Translations under genes and position numbers: made by a program | Shown: positions 22,416-33,885 of the stretch, piece after piece | Layout of the letters: each line of letters begins with the position of its first letter | Position numbering within the stretch: the first letter of the stretch is position 1 | The notes under the pieces: generated by a model | The model's input: only the letters and a program-made list of their open reading frames with translations | Told to the model about the DNA's origin: nothing | The model's database searches: none | Source: Octopus bimaculoides | Taxonomy: Eukaryota | Length of the DNA: 41,686 nt | Reading direction: 5' to 3' | Assembly (NCBI RefSeq): GCF_001194135.2 | Contig: NC_068997.1 | Span: 26,490,594-26,532,279, forward strand

Positions 22416-23212
22416 AATCAATATTACTTGAATGCAGTGGACTCGTAGAATCAGTAGGGTATCACACAAGGTGTTCTGTGGCATTTCGTCAAAAACTTAT
22501 CTGTAATCAAACTGTATTTCCATTCTTCTAAGGTCAGTAAAATAAAGTACCTGCCAAATACTGGGTTGACTTAATCAGTTAACATCTCCCCCTAATCTGT
22601 AATGTTATTTTGTTATGGTTTATATTGGTTAACATGAATGGTGGAAGAAGGCATAGTCTATTTTACATGCACAAAACATATTTGAATGACAATTGTCTGA
22701 CAATATTCTCTAGATACGGTTTTTACATAATTATCACCATCTTCATTTAACATCATCCATTTTTCATGCTGTCATGAGTTGGACAGTTTGACAGAATCTA
22801 TTTAGTATCACATTGTGCTTCACCTAGACTACTCTATTCTAATGTGTGTGTGTGTGTGATGAAGATGATATATATATAACAAAATAGGAAATTGAAAATT
22901 TTTGGTATTATTTCTGATTTCCTGCTTGTTATACAATAATTCTGCAAATAATATTTCCACAATTCTCAATTTTAATATGTATTTTGACTAACATACAGCA
23001 GTAACTGAGACTACATATTGGATTGTAAGAATGGATTAAGCAAATGTGCTTCAAGAGGAAACAACTGGGATTTATCCTAACAACTTACATAATATATACA
23101 CATGATAACTATGTGTCTGTATATTTCTGTTCACACACGTACATATACATAGCGCCAAGAAAATAGATGTGTGATTGGTACATAAAATATTATTGTATAT
23201 GTTCCCACATAC

Positions 23213-23333
23213 CTTTCATAGGTTTCACGTAATACTCCTTGAAACAAGTCAATCTTGCGCATCTGCCTACATAAGTCATGGGTGTTCAGTGCTTCCTCCA
23301 GGAGCACAACGCTCTCACGATAATGAGCTTTGC
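23213..23333 (-). CDS. RHPN2: Rhophilin exon: (G)KAHYRESVVLLEEALNTHDLCRQMRKIDLFQGVLRETYE(R)
   Basis: catatttgtag| ... AG|gtatgt; 121 nt. Confidence 0.93.
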
Positions 23334-23934
23334 CTACAAATATGAATGACTATTCTTAAACAGGTTGATAATATAAGGGGAAGCATCAGGAATGTTGATT
23401 TTTTTCAATGGACTGATAATGTGAGAAGGAATTATAGTTTTTTTTTAATAGATGGGCTGTATATATACATACATACATACACTTATACACTCACAAATCC
23501 ATACATCCATTCAGATACACATGTATATACATCTAAGCACACGTACATACACAAACATACATACATGCACACATATTTGCAATCATTTCTCTTTACATAA
23601 ACAAGCATTAAAATACACACACACAGACATACATACATACGTATAAGTTCCCTTATAAGACAAGTTTTTACTTTTTTTTATACAAACACACACACATACA
23701 CTAATGTATTTTCTTCTTGCTAGACATTCACACACACTTCTAATACATACCCACACACACACACATATACACTCACTCTCTCCCTCTTCTTTTTCTCTGT
23801 GTCTGTATCTTCCTAGTTGTCTCTCTCTCTCTCTCTCTGTCTCTCTCACACACACACTCACACATTAACACAATACCCATACTGTCAACAGTAAATTGTC
23901 ATCAATATATCTGAATGTAATTTCAAATATTTAC

Positions 23935-24057
23935 CTTGAATTTTCCTCTTCTCAGAGTTGAAAGGTAACACAGTTGCCATGTCTTGGAAGTCTGGTGAAG
24001 ATGATGTGATGTCAAGAACTTTGACCAATTCTTGTAGTTTGCCAACATCGTCACTAT
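23935..24057 (-). CDS. RHPN2: Rhophilin exon: (D)SDDVGKLQELVKVLDITSSSPDFQDMATVLPFNSEKRKIQ(G)
   Basis: gtaatttcag| ... G|gtaaat; 123 nt, phase 1/1. Confidence 0.9.
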
Positions 24058-24177
24058 CTGAAATTACAAAAATACACAAATTCTACTTCAATCTACTCCA
24101 CAGGATTTCACACCAACAAGACAGCGCAGTTTGTTAGAAATAACAGCTAATTTTCTCCCAAATACTCGTCTAAAGTT

Positions 24178-24265
24178 AGGCACAGCCATGATTCTGCAGT
24201 TAAGAAGCTTGCTTCCCAACCATGTGAGTGGATTTGGTGGAAGGAAACTGAAAGAAGCCTGTCAA
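24178..24265 (+). mobile_element. CORE-type SINE with the central segment deleted
   Basis: Head (...ttcccaaccat) fused directly to the 3' part (gtgagtggatttgg...gaaagaagcctgtc). Confidence 0.7.
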
Positions 24266-24344
24266 GTGTGTGTGTGTGCGAGTGTGTGTGTGCGCATGAG
24301 TGTGCGTGCATGTATGTACATATACACATATATATGTATATGTA

Positions 24345-24376
<32 letters not shown>

Positions 24377-24622
24377 AAAGAAAAGAATGAACATATTGGA
24401 TAATTTAGTCCCAGATAGATGAATCTCCAGAACGAAGCAACATCTTCCATTTCTCAAAGTAGTATTCCACACTACCACTACCGCTATCATCTTCATGACC
24501 ATCTTCTCTGCTACCACTATCACTACAACCACCACCACCACAATCACACTATAACCATACCACTACCTCCAGAACCACAACCACCACCACCATCATCATT
24601 CTTCAATATATTCATAACTCAC

Positions 24623-24779
24623 CATCTTGTTCCATCAGGGCCAGTGCTATGTAGTAATGTGCTAAAGCTTTGTAAAACTGACTTTTCCCCAGCATCATTG
24701 AAGTCCAAGAAAACGGTACATATTGTTTAACTGGTTCCACCGATATCATATCGTGGGCTTTGGTGTATGTTGTAGAAAC
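24623..24779 (-). CDS. RHPN2: Rhophilin exon: VSTTYTKAHDMISVEPVKQYVPFSWTSMMLGKSQFYKALAHYYIALALMEQD
   Basis: tttttcttcag| ... G|gtgagt; 157 nt. Confidence 0.94.
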
Positions 24780-26262
24780 CTGAAGAAAAAGAATATTTGT
24801 TATGAATACTTTTTTTTTGTCTCAATATATATTGTTTCACTCTTGCTACTACATACAGAAAAACAGGCAAATTTATGCAGAATTATATCATCATCATCAT
24901 CATTGCCATCATCATCATTACCATCATCATCATTACCATCATCATCATCACTTAATGTTTGTCTTCTATGTTGGCTTGGGATGGATAATTCAGCAGTATC
25001 TTAGAAATCAAGGGATGGCTTTGGGCCCCATTGTTTGCTTTGGCAAGGGCTCTGCAGCTAGACATTGTTCCTTAATGCTAATCTTTTTACGGAATGTACT
25101 GGATGTTTTATAAAGGGTTGAATGGTTGAGAAGTTCACAGTACAACCCGGTGTTTCCAAGCTTGATCATCACGATATGACGCCATGGATAAGGATGATAG
25201 ATATCAGGAAGTAAAGGATGAAGTAGGAGTGGTGGGAGGATGTAGAAGTACATAAGAGTAGCTATAGTAAGTGGAGCATGATGGCAAATATAAGAGGGTG
25301 TTGAGAATGATATGGAAGGTGTTAAAGAACTGCCTTAAAGGTACATGTATCTGGAATACTCAGCCACTTGTTAATTCATTTAAGTTATCTAGTTGGTTGA
25401 CCATACATCAATATCAGCACGAGAACCCATTGATATCAAAGGGAGATAACTCTTGATTATATCCCTTTATCCAGTCATTTGCAGTACCATTAAATTTTCG
25501 TATAACTTTAAATGCTTTAAAAATGTTGTAAAGAGCACCCTTTAAGATCTTTAGTATTCAAACTGACAAAGCGCTGAGTCTTCCCCTTCTTGACACACTG
25601 TCAGCGAAAAAACAAACTAGTGTTTGCTTACTCAGCGTGTCTCTTTTGGCTATGCATCTAGCATAAAAAAATGTTTGCATCAATAGACCCAGCATAGAGT
25701 TAAGCTGTTCATGCAGCCGGTTAGGTACACCCTAAGTATAAATAAACATTGGCTTTTATCCCATTGGCACTTTCCTCACCATAAATGAGAAATCAGTTAT
25801 TTCCCCCACACTCAACACATATATACATATATATACAATCACATATTTTCTAAAAATAAACCTCCCATGTGCTTCTGTCCCTGTCTCTCAGTCTCCACTT
25901 CATTCTTATCACCTCACCTTTGCCTCGTTTTCACCTTACTACTAAATATCACATAAAACTAAAGTAAACTTTTGCTTATGTGCAGGTCACTGGCTAAGTT
26001 ATGCTCTTACCTTAGATTTTTTGGGCCTACCAATTTTGAACAGTCTCAAGTGTAACAAGCCAAAACTATAATGATAATTGGAAACTTGACTGATGAACAG
26101 AGGGCCACGAATGGTCTGTCCTGGTTTTTCCTGTTCGTCTTTGTATCATCTATCAGTCTGTATGTTTTTACTGTCGTCCGTTACGTTCTTATTCCGTTTT
26201 TTCTTTTTTGGTGGAGGGATATATATATGTTTTTATATTTCACGATGGTCACTTTTTTTGGT

Positions 26263-26265
<3 letters not shown>

Positions 26266-26312
<47 letters not shown>

Positions 26313-26323
26313 TAGATAGATAT

Positions 26324-26354
<31 letters not shown>

Positions 26355-26420
26355 CAGAGAGAGAGATGAAGGTAGGCAGGTAGGTAGATAGATAGATAGA
26401 CACACACACACACACACAAG
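26266..26420. repeat. Compound microsatellite (TA)n(GATA)n(GA)n(CA)n in a rhophilin intron
   Basis: Direct reading. Confidence 0.95.
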
Positions 26421-26481
26421 GTGCGCACACGTGTAAACACATACATATACAAGTACAACGAAAATGGACATTGCTACTTAC

Positions 26482-26577
26482 CTTTGCTGCCATCTTCGCA
26501 ATCTTGACGTAGTTCAATAAACCAGGTGATATACCATCCAAGTTCATCCTTTCATAAATACACTCCACAGACTGGGC
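26482..26577 (-). CDS. RHPN2: Rhophilin exon: AQSVECIYERMNLDGISPGLLNYVKIAKMAAK
   Basis: ttgtttgcag| ... AAG|gtaagt; 96 nt. Confidence 0.94.
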
Positions 26578-26904
26578 CTGCAAACAATGTAGGGAAGAGT
26601 AAACAACCACAAGTTACTAAAGAGTGAGTCGTTTTTACATCAATATATGTTAAACATGTCTTGCTGCCAAGGATGCTGTTGTTGTTGTTTGTTTAGTTCC
26701 AGGTCCAGACTTCTTTTAGTAAACCAATGATGTCTAGATACTCCAAACTATTACCATTCTGCTTGTCTAGAACTACGTTCTTTAATGTGTCCTTCTCTTA
26801 TTTATCCCTTTGGCATTCAGATTATTCTGAAAAAATGTAATACTCACTCACTCACTCATTCATTCTTCATCATCATGTATATGTGTGTATATGTTTGTGT
26901 GTCT

Positions 26905-27101
26905 GTTTGTCCCCCCACTCTCAGCATCGCTTGACAATCAATGCTGGTGCGTTTATGTCCCAGTAACTTAGCAGTTCGGCAAAAGAGACCTATAGAATAA
27001 GTACTAGGCTTACAAAGAATAAGATCTGGGGTCGATTTGCTCAACTATAAAGGCGGTACTCCAGCATGGCCACAGTCAAATGACTGAAACAAGTAAAAGA
27101 G
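26905..27101 (+). mobile_element. Dispersed repeat ending ccagcatggccacagtcaaatgactgaaacaag (partial copies near 10375-10445, 11630-11790, 41215-41250)
   Basis: Shared 3' motif in several places; orientation and class not established. Confidence 0.7.
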
Positions 27102-27704
27102 TATCTTGTAGCTTTGAGATTTCAAGGATGTGATTGTATAATTTTAGAATGACATTGTATGGTAGGTGTGAGAGGTTAGATCTGGTCAGTTAATACATAA
27201 AATAAGTAGAATATTTGGGCCAGATAAGGCCATTTAAATGCTAAAGGTTTAAGATAGTAGAGTGATGTGATGGAATTTGGTTACACTTTCTAGCACATCA
27301 AGTGACCACATACAGAGTTCTATCAGAAGGGTTACAGAGGTGTTATTTCTCAACAAACCACAGATAAATTTGAGCCAACAAAGGGGCCCCTACATTGTAT
27401 TCCAGCCTGTATAATATGACAGTTAAATACCCTCAAATCTCTAGGAGTTGCCATTAGTCAGAGCTGACTGTATTTGCATCTATGCATGCAGGTTTGGAGA
27501 AGTTTGTGTGTGTGTGTGTTGACTAGTTTCTGTCTACCTTTGCAAGTCTCACCTTGATGTGGTCCAAGAGAAGACCACTACTTTAGTGCTGATACAGCTA
27601 GGCATCGGTATCATCAGACATTGCTATCATAATGCAAAGGGCCGAAGAAGATACCTTAAAGCATCTTGGACCAACATTTTAGCATCCCAAACTTAGAGCC
27701 TTAC

Positions 27705-27854
27705 CTTCATGAGTTTAATCAACATAAGCAACGTAACTGGTTGCATGTCCATGCTTGGTGCATCACTGAAATAAGTGACCAGATACTGGAAAGCACCAGC
27801 AGCTTTCTGGAAGTTTTCAATGGCAGCATTCATTCCAGAGAGTACCTTGCGATC
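27705..27854 (-). CDS. RHPN2: Rhophilin exon: DRKVLSGMNAAIENFQKAAGAFQYLVTYFSDAPSMDMQPVTLLMLIKLMK
   Basis: ttttctcacag| ... AAG|gtaagg; 150 nt. Confidence 0.95.
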
Positions 27855-28164
27855 CTGTGAGAAAACAACATTGGTTAAAGAAATTCATTTCTGTGTATAA
27901 CAATTAAAAAGATTAATTGACAATTAATTTCTGTATTAGCATACAATAGAGTACCATAAACAATAAATAAGTATGTTATGTACACACACACATTATATAG
28001 ATATTTATACAAGTGTTATATGGATGCAAAGCCATTGTTTACTCTATGGCCAGACATATATTTAACTTCAAACACACAGGCATACATTCTCATTTATATA
28101 TATATATATATATATATTTATTGTTATTATTATTTTTATTATTTATCATTTTTATTATACTACA

Positions 28165-28320
28165 CTCTCTGAGTGGTTGGCATTAGGAAGGGCATCCAGC
28201 TGTAGAAACTCTGCCAAATTTAGATTGGAGCCTGGTGTTGCCATCCGGTTTCACCAGTCCTCAGTCAAATCGTCCAACCCATGCTAGCATGGAAAGCAGA
28301 CGTTAAACGATGATGATGAT
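28165..28320 (+). mobile_element. (ATG)n-tailed retroposon copy
   Basis: Near-identical to 16500-16650. Confidence 0.85.
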
Positions 28321-28333
28321 TATTATTATTATT

Positions 28334-28781
28334 AAGGCAGTAAGCTGACAGAACCATTAATATATGGGGCAAGATGCTTAACAGCATTTCATGCGTCTTT
28401 ATTATTCTGTGTTCAAACTCCACTGAGATCGACTTTTCCTTTCAGAGCTGATAAAATAAGTACCAGTTGAACACTGGGGTTCGATGTAATTGACTTGCCT
28501 CTTCCAGCAAAACTGCTGGCCTTTAGCCAAAATTTGAAACCATTTTTATTATTACCAAGGCAGTGAGCTGGCAGAATCATTAGCATGTGGCAGGGGAATG
28601 CTTCGTGGCACTTCATCCATCTTTATGTTCTGAGTTCAAACATCACTGAGGTTGACTTTGCCTTTCATCTATTTGATGGGGGTCGATAAAATAAGTACCA
28701 AGTGGGCACTGGTGGGTTGATGTAAGCGACTTCCCCCCACCTCCTGCCAAAATTGCTGGCCTTGAGCTAAAATATGAAATC
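28334..28781 (+). mobile_element. Two head-to-tail SINEs of the gagctggcagaa family (28334-28545, 28556-28781)
   Basis: Both carry head, B box and gataaaataagtacc body. Confidence 0.8.
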
Positions 28782-28818
28782 AGTAGTAATAGTAGTAGCA
28801 ACAGCAGTAGTATCTTAC

Positions 28819-28927
28819 CTGTTTACAAGCAATCTGTGTGTACAAGGCTCCGACATTGAATAAAACACATCCTTTCTCAAAGCTAATAGCTCGCTGAAAA
28901 TAAGGCACGCCAGTCAGGGAGTCATAC
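28819..28927 (-). CDS. RHPN2: Rhophilin exon: (W)YDSLTGVPYFQRAISFEKGCVLFNVGALYTQIACKQ
   Basis: acactag| ... CAG|gtaaga; 109 nt; BRO1 core motif. Confidence 0.95.
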
Positions 28928-29175
28928 CTAGTGTATATAAATATACACAGAGAGAAAGAGAGATAAAAGTATGTACATACATTTGGATGTGTGTTTATGT
29001 AAGTGTATGTGTATGAATATCTGTAGACATAAAAACTATGCCAAAACAGATAGTAGAGCTTGGTGCAATCCTCTGACTTGTGAGCTCCTGTCAAACTGTT
29101 TGACTAATGACGGCATGGAAGATGGATGTTAAATAATGACGATGATGATGATAATGTGATATTAGATATACATAC

Positions 29176-29300
29176 CAATGGAAATAGATACCAAGATTTC
29201 TGCCAGCCACATAAAATCTCTTCTCTAGATGACTGAGGTGATTATAGTATGTTAATAGTTGTATTACTCCAGATTCACTACGCTGTGGTGTACGGATATT
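29176..29300 (-). CDS. RHPN2: Rhophilin exon: NIRTPQRSESGVIQLLTYYNHLSHLEKRFYVAGRNLGIYFH(W)
   Basis: ctcatcttcag| ... TG|gtatgt; 125 nt. Confidence 0.94.
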
Positions 29301-29758
29301 CTGAAGATGAGAAATGGAGTATAAGAATGGGAACACACAACAACAACATCAATATCAGTAATTAACAACACAGGCACTGTCAGTTACAATGACAATGGTT
29401 CCAGTTGATCCGATAAACGGAACAGCCTGCTCAAGAAATTAATGTGGCTGAGCACTCCACAGAAAAGTGTGCCTTTAATGAAGCTCTCAGGGAGATTCAG
29501 CATGACACAATGTGACAAGGCTGGTCCTTTAAAATATAGATACTGCTCATTTTGGGCATGAAATTAAGTGTCTTGCTCAAGGACATGATGCACTACTGGG
29601 AATCAAACTCACGACCTTACAATTATGAGCCAAATGCACCAACCACATTTTCAGTCCCCTTACCCTTGACTCAGTGGTACATATAGGATGTGACAGCAGG
29701 AGAAGAGAGAGAGTGAAGGCTGCACTAACTGAATAAACTGAAACAATGTGAAACTTAC

Positions 29759-29836
29759 CTGTCTAAATTCCATCAGCTGGTTGATGGAAGTTGTATACTT
29801 AGTGCCATCATCGTTGAAGTGTTCCACAATGAAGTC
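29759..29836 (-). CDS. RHPN2: Rhophilin exon: DFIVEHFNDDGTKYTTSINQLMEFRQ
   Basis: catatttag| ... CAG|gtaagt; 78 nt, phase 0/0. Confidence 0.94.
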
Positions 29837-29909
29837 CTAAATATGAATAATTTATGAGACAAATTATACAATGATTACACATTATTAACATTTTCAAACA
29901 TACACAAAC

Positions 29910-30310
29910 CACCATCATTTAACGTCTGCTTTCCATGCTGGCATGGTTTGGAGAGTTTGACAGGAACTGGCTAGGCAGAAGACTGTACCAGGCTTCAGTA
30001 TCTATTTTGGCATGGTTTTTATAGCTGGATGCCCTTCCTAACACCAACCAGCCCACAGAGTGGACTGAGTGCTTTTTACATGGCATTAGCACAGTCAAGA
30101 TCAGTTTTCACAGCTGGTTGCCATTCCAAATGCGAACCACTTTACAGTGTGGACTGAGTGCTTTTTATGTGGCACTACCACCAGCAAGGTCTGCTGGATT
30201 TCCTTTCTAATGCCAACCACTGAGTATTTTTGATGCAGTACCAACACTAGTGAGGTCCAAGTTTTGGCATGATTTTTATGGATGTATGCCTTTCCTAATG
30301 CCAACAACTT
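29910..30310 (-). mobile_element. Longer, older (ATG)n-tailed retroposon copy with internal sub-repeats
   Basis: ctttccatgctggcatgg tail; tggactgagtgcttttt x2 and cctaatgccaac-like x3. Confidence 0.7.
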
Positions 30311-30899
30311 TACAGAGTGACCTGGAACCACTTTACATTGTGGACTATATATATATATATATATCCATGTGTGTGTATGTTATGCATGTATCTACATATA
30401 TATATATATATGCATACATAATTAAGGATAAATCAATTAATGATCTTAATGTGCACTCCATTAGCACAAGGTTGAAATCGGACAATCTAGAATTAACCTC
30501 AAAATTTTACTAAATCTCTTATTCATTTGCTTGCTTTCAGCTTTGTGCTAATGGAGGGTCTTTTGATATCTATCTCTAGCATGTAGGTGCTGTTTCTCAA
30601 TGCCTTTAATTATGATTATATCTATATAATTATATATATATGTATAAATAATACAGAATGGGACAAGGACGCAAAACATCCAGACAGTTAGGTGATACAC
30701 AAAAGGGACAAAACATACAGATAGACGATACAAAGAAAACATGGACAGATCATTCTCAATATTGCTCCAATCTGGCCAGCCCCAATGAAAAACTAAGCTA
30801 AGAGCATTAGATTCCTTGGAAGAAAGCAGCGAATGTATACAAAAACAAGGATGGAAAAAAACGAACAATGTTACACAAATACAATAAAAACAATAAAAC

Positions 30900-30935
<36 letters not shown>

Positions 30936-30940
<5 letters not shown>

Positions 30941-31087
30941 TCATCATTGTTTAACATCCGCTTTCCATGCTAGCATGGGTTGGACGATTTGACTGAGGAT
31001 TGGTGAACCAAGTGGCTGTACCAGGCTCCAATCTGATTTGGCAGAGTTTCTACAGTTGGATACCCTTCCTAACGCCAACCACTCCGA
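30936..31087 (-). mobile_element. (ATG)n-tailed retroposon copy
   Basis: Reverse complement is roughly 88% identical to 28165-28320 (manual count). Confidence 0.85.
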
Positions 31088-31298
31088 GATATGATGCAGT
31101 ACGGAATTTTGTCAGTGAACAGGTCGTGGTCTCTAAGCGATGAAAATATTTTGGCAAATTAAATTTAAATGTTGAAGTGAATCTAACGGTTTTTGTGTGT
31201 TTCTTAAATGGCTTATAAACACCTTCCATGCTGCAATTGTTTTCATTCCAGCACACGATCTCAGATCAGGTCGCTTGCTATGCAAGTACATCTCTCTC

Positions 31299-31355
<57 letters not shown>

Positions 31356-31359
31356 TCAA

Positions 31360-31515
31360 AGGCATAAATGTGTGGTAAGAAGTTTGCTTCCTGACCACAT
31401 GGTTTCAAGTTCATTCTCACTGCATGGTATCTTGAGCAAGTCTCCTACTACAGCCCTTGGCCAATCAAAGTGTTGCGAGTGGATTTAGTATTGAGAAACA
31501 GAAAAAAGACCATTG
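31360..31515 (+). mobile_element. CORE-type SINE copy
   Basis: Similar to 12681-12834. Confidence 0.75.
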
Positions 31516-31752
31516 AATATGAGATTTATATGGGATCTGAGGCAGATACCATATTCAAAATTGTGTACCTAAAGTGGGTACAATAGCTAAGATAGGGCAC
31601 GTCAAGTGAGTACTAAAGCTTAGGTGCTTTATCCAGGGAGTACCATTATTAAGGAAGAGTATCCTAGGTGAGTACAAAGCTAAGGCAATACACTTAAGTT
31701 TTAGAGTTATAATTAGTGTAAAAGAAATTTTAAAAAAGGTGTTTAATATTAC

Positions 31753-31828
31753 CTGAATGGGAACTGTAAAGTCAACTTCTCTGGTTTCTTTCAGACCCAG
31801 CGGGACCATCGGCACAGAGTCTATAGCG
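31753..31828 (-). CDS. RHPN2: Rhophilin exon: (N)AIDSVPMVPLGLKETREVDFTVPIQ, BRO1 start
   Basis: ccttccag| ... CAG|gtaata; 76 nt. Confidence 0.94.
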
Positions 31829-32194
31829 CTGGAAGGTTAAAATATGGCGTATGTATATTTGTGTGTGTGTGTATATATATGCGTTTTGCTCCATTTATTG
31901 TTATTAAAGAGGCAAACAATATACACACACAGCAAAGGAGAGAGAGAGAGAGATGGCACTAATACATTAATGAAACTACTCAATACAGTTTTTTTGCGGG
32001 GAGGGGTTCTAATATGTCAAAAAAACATATGTGACTAAGAGTATGCCTCAGTAGAGAAAGAGAGAGAGTACTGATATATCAATGATATGATTCGATTCTG
32101 AGTTTATTGGACATTTTGCTTTTTTAAGGAGACAAACAAAACATAAAATGCCATCAGAAGAGATAGGGGACAAAGTTAAACACAAAGACAGAAA

Positions 32195-32290
32195 AACACA
32201 GAGATAGAAAGAGAGACAGAGATAGAAAGAGAGACAGAGATAGAAAGAGAGACAGAGATAGGAGAGACAGAGATAGAAGGAGAGAGTGAC
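32195..32290. repeat. 18-bp gagatagaaagagagaca-type minisatellite just past the donor of exon 32314
   Basis: About 4-5 units; translates as the LCLSFY repeat in the ORF track. Confidence 0.85.
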
Positions 32291-32313
32291 AGACATACAC
32301 ACAAAGTACTAAC

Positions 32314-32442
32314 TTGGCATGTTGGTATATATTAACAGAACTATTTAGTTCACACAGTTCCTCTTTAAGTAGTTGTATATTTGAGTTAAAGAAAGACAGT
32401 TCAACAGCCACTAATTCTTTCAGCCTCTTGTTTCCTGTTGCC
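32314..32442 (-). CDS. RHPN2: Rhophilin exon, HR1 second helix: ATGNKRLKELVAVELSFFNSNIQLLKEELCELNSSVNIYQHA
   Basis: Acceptor ttttctgttttgtag|, donor AA|gttagt; phase 2 in, phase 2 out; 129 nt. Confidence 0.93.
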
Positions 32443-32768
32443 CTACAAAACAGAAAAGGAAGAATATAAAGATAAGCAATTATTAATTGCAGAGATTAAT
32501 TTACATGAATAAATAAATAAACAAACAAACAGATGTTTAATTGTGTATTTTAGGTGTATTAATTGTCCACTTTAAGCTGACAAAGTAGTCTAGTTTGAAA
32601 CTAACTATTAAGATGTGTTGATAGATTTGATGGTTGTTATACAAGCACACGATCTGTGTGTGTGTGTGTGTGACTGCAGTTCAGCTGTCATAAGTATAGT
32701 GGAAATGAGAAAAAAATAACCACTGGGCATTACATCAGCGCAACATTTACTTTTGTCATCAGGCTTAC

Positions 32769-32860
32769 AAAAGCTGAAGAAATGCAGCGATCACTGTATC
32801 TCTGACACAGAAACTTGAAGTCCCGTATGTGAATCTCCATAATTGTTTATATTCTTCCAT
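32769..32860 (-). CDS. Candidate alternative first coding exon of rhophilin (MEEYKQLWRFTYGTSSFCVRDTVIAAFLQL + TT)
   Basis: gaaATGG start with an upstream in-frame TAG; 92 nt ending TT|GTAAGC (phase 2), in frame with exon 32442; no recognisable homology. Confidence 0.3.
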
Positions 32861-32995
32861 TTCCAACAATATTGGGATCTACTTCATTTGTGTGTATGTG
32901 TGTGTCTCTCTCTCTCCTTTTATATATATATATGTGTATATATATATTTCGTTTTGGGATTTGGTTTGCAAGATTTTTTATGTGATTTCGTGTGT

Positions 32996-33082
32996 TGAAG
33001 TCAAGAGTCAAGACTATTGTGTGAGAGTCAAGACTATTGAAGTCAAGAGTCAAAACTAACTGTGAGAGTCAAGACTATTGAA
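32996..33082. repeat. Minisatellite: 2 x 41-42-bp higher-order unit built from agtcaag(actattg)
   Basis: tgaagtcaagagtcaaRactaYYg(t)gtgagagtcaagactat twice. Confidence 0.85.
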
Positions 33083-33203
33083 AAGGTTGCAAGACGCAAC
33101 GAAAATTTTAGGAAAATAAAAATAAGAAATAAGTGGAAATTTTAACGGTGAGTGTGTTAAATTTTAAGGCACGATAAGAAAATGACTCTCCCCAGACACA
33201 ACA

Positions 33204-33246
<43 letters not shown>

Positions 33247-33256
33247 NNNNNNNNNN

Positions 33257-33309
<53 letters not shown>

Positions 33310-33444
33310 TATATATATAAACTGAGGAAAACAGTCAAAAAGGTAAACGTCATGGAGATGACAAAGGACCACCACAAGAGATGAAACACTATAGTGAAGA
33401 TGACTCACATAAACCATGCAAGATTAACATAGAAGAATTAAACA

Positions 33445-33548
33445 GGTTGTCCTGAAGCTATAGCAGAAGACACCCCAGGTGCCATGTAGAGGAACAGAAC
33501 CTGGAACCATGCGGTTGGGAAGCAAACTTCTTACCATACAACCATGCC
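33445..33548 (-). mobile_element. CORE-type SINE copy
   Basis: ggttgggaagcaaacttcttacc...catgcct is the reverse-complement head. Confidence 0.7.
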
Positions 33549-33885
33549 TTTATACTTTTAAAAACATACATGCATGTGCACACACACGAAGTCGTGTTTT
33601 AGCTGAATGGGAATGGATTTAAAAGAAAACAGTGGAGGATAGGTCTTTCAACTAGGTCACATGGATACCCACATATAACATAATAACTTAGATAATGGCC
33701 AGTATAGGCCCAGGCCATGTCTAACTTAACACATTAAATCTGAAACAAATAGATAGATGGCGTCCTCACACTTGCACACATGCATACACAAATGTCCATT
33801 AATACTAAGACACAAACATAAGAATTGGATGAGATATGATGGCTTGGCCATCTCTCCCCAGTTCTTATATTAATTAAATCCAGAA

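Larger units (their letters stand above)
19759..32442 (-). other. RHPN2: Gene span of 13 identified coding exons of rhophilin (partial HR1, BRO1, PDZ); 5' exon(s) not found
   Basis: 13 exons totalling 1993 nt splice in one frame with GT-AG junctions. Motifs VELSFFNSNIQLLKEEL, PLGLKET, WYDSLTGVP, FEKGCVLFNVGALYTQI, FQKAAG, GPLNIFSANKLWTAP and GFGFSIRGD match rhophilins; presumably a pro-ortholog of vertebrate RHPN1/RHPN2. Confidence 0.95.

Noticed and set aside
24419-25113. His/Pro-rich and poly-His ORFs
   Set aside because: (CAT)n and (CAC)n microsatellites in rhophilin introns, one overlapping a real exon on the opposite strand.
27552-27622. Possible extra rhophilin cassette exon ending AAG|GTGAGA
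   Set aside because: 71 nt, which would shift the frame; the constitutive exons already join in frame.
32996-33082. CRISPR-like array
   Set aside because: Contiguous tandem units with no unique spacers, in a eukaryotic context.
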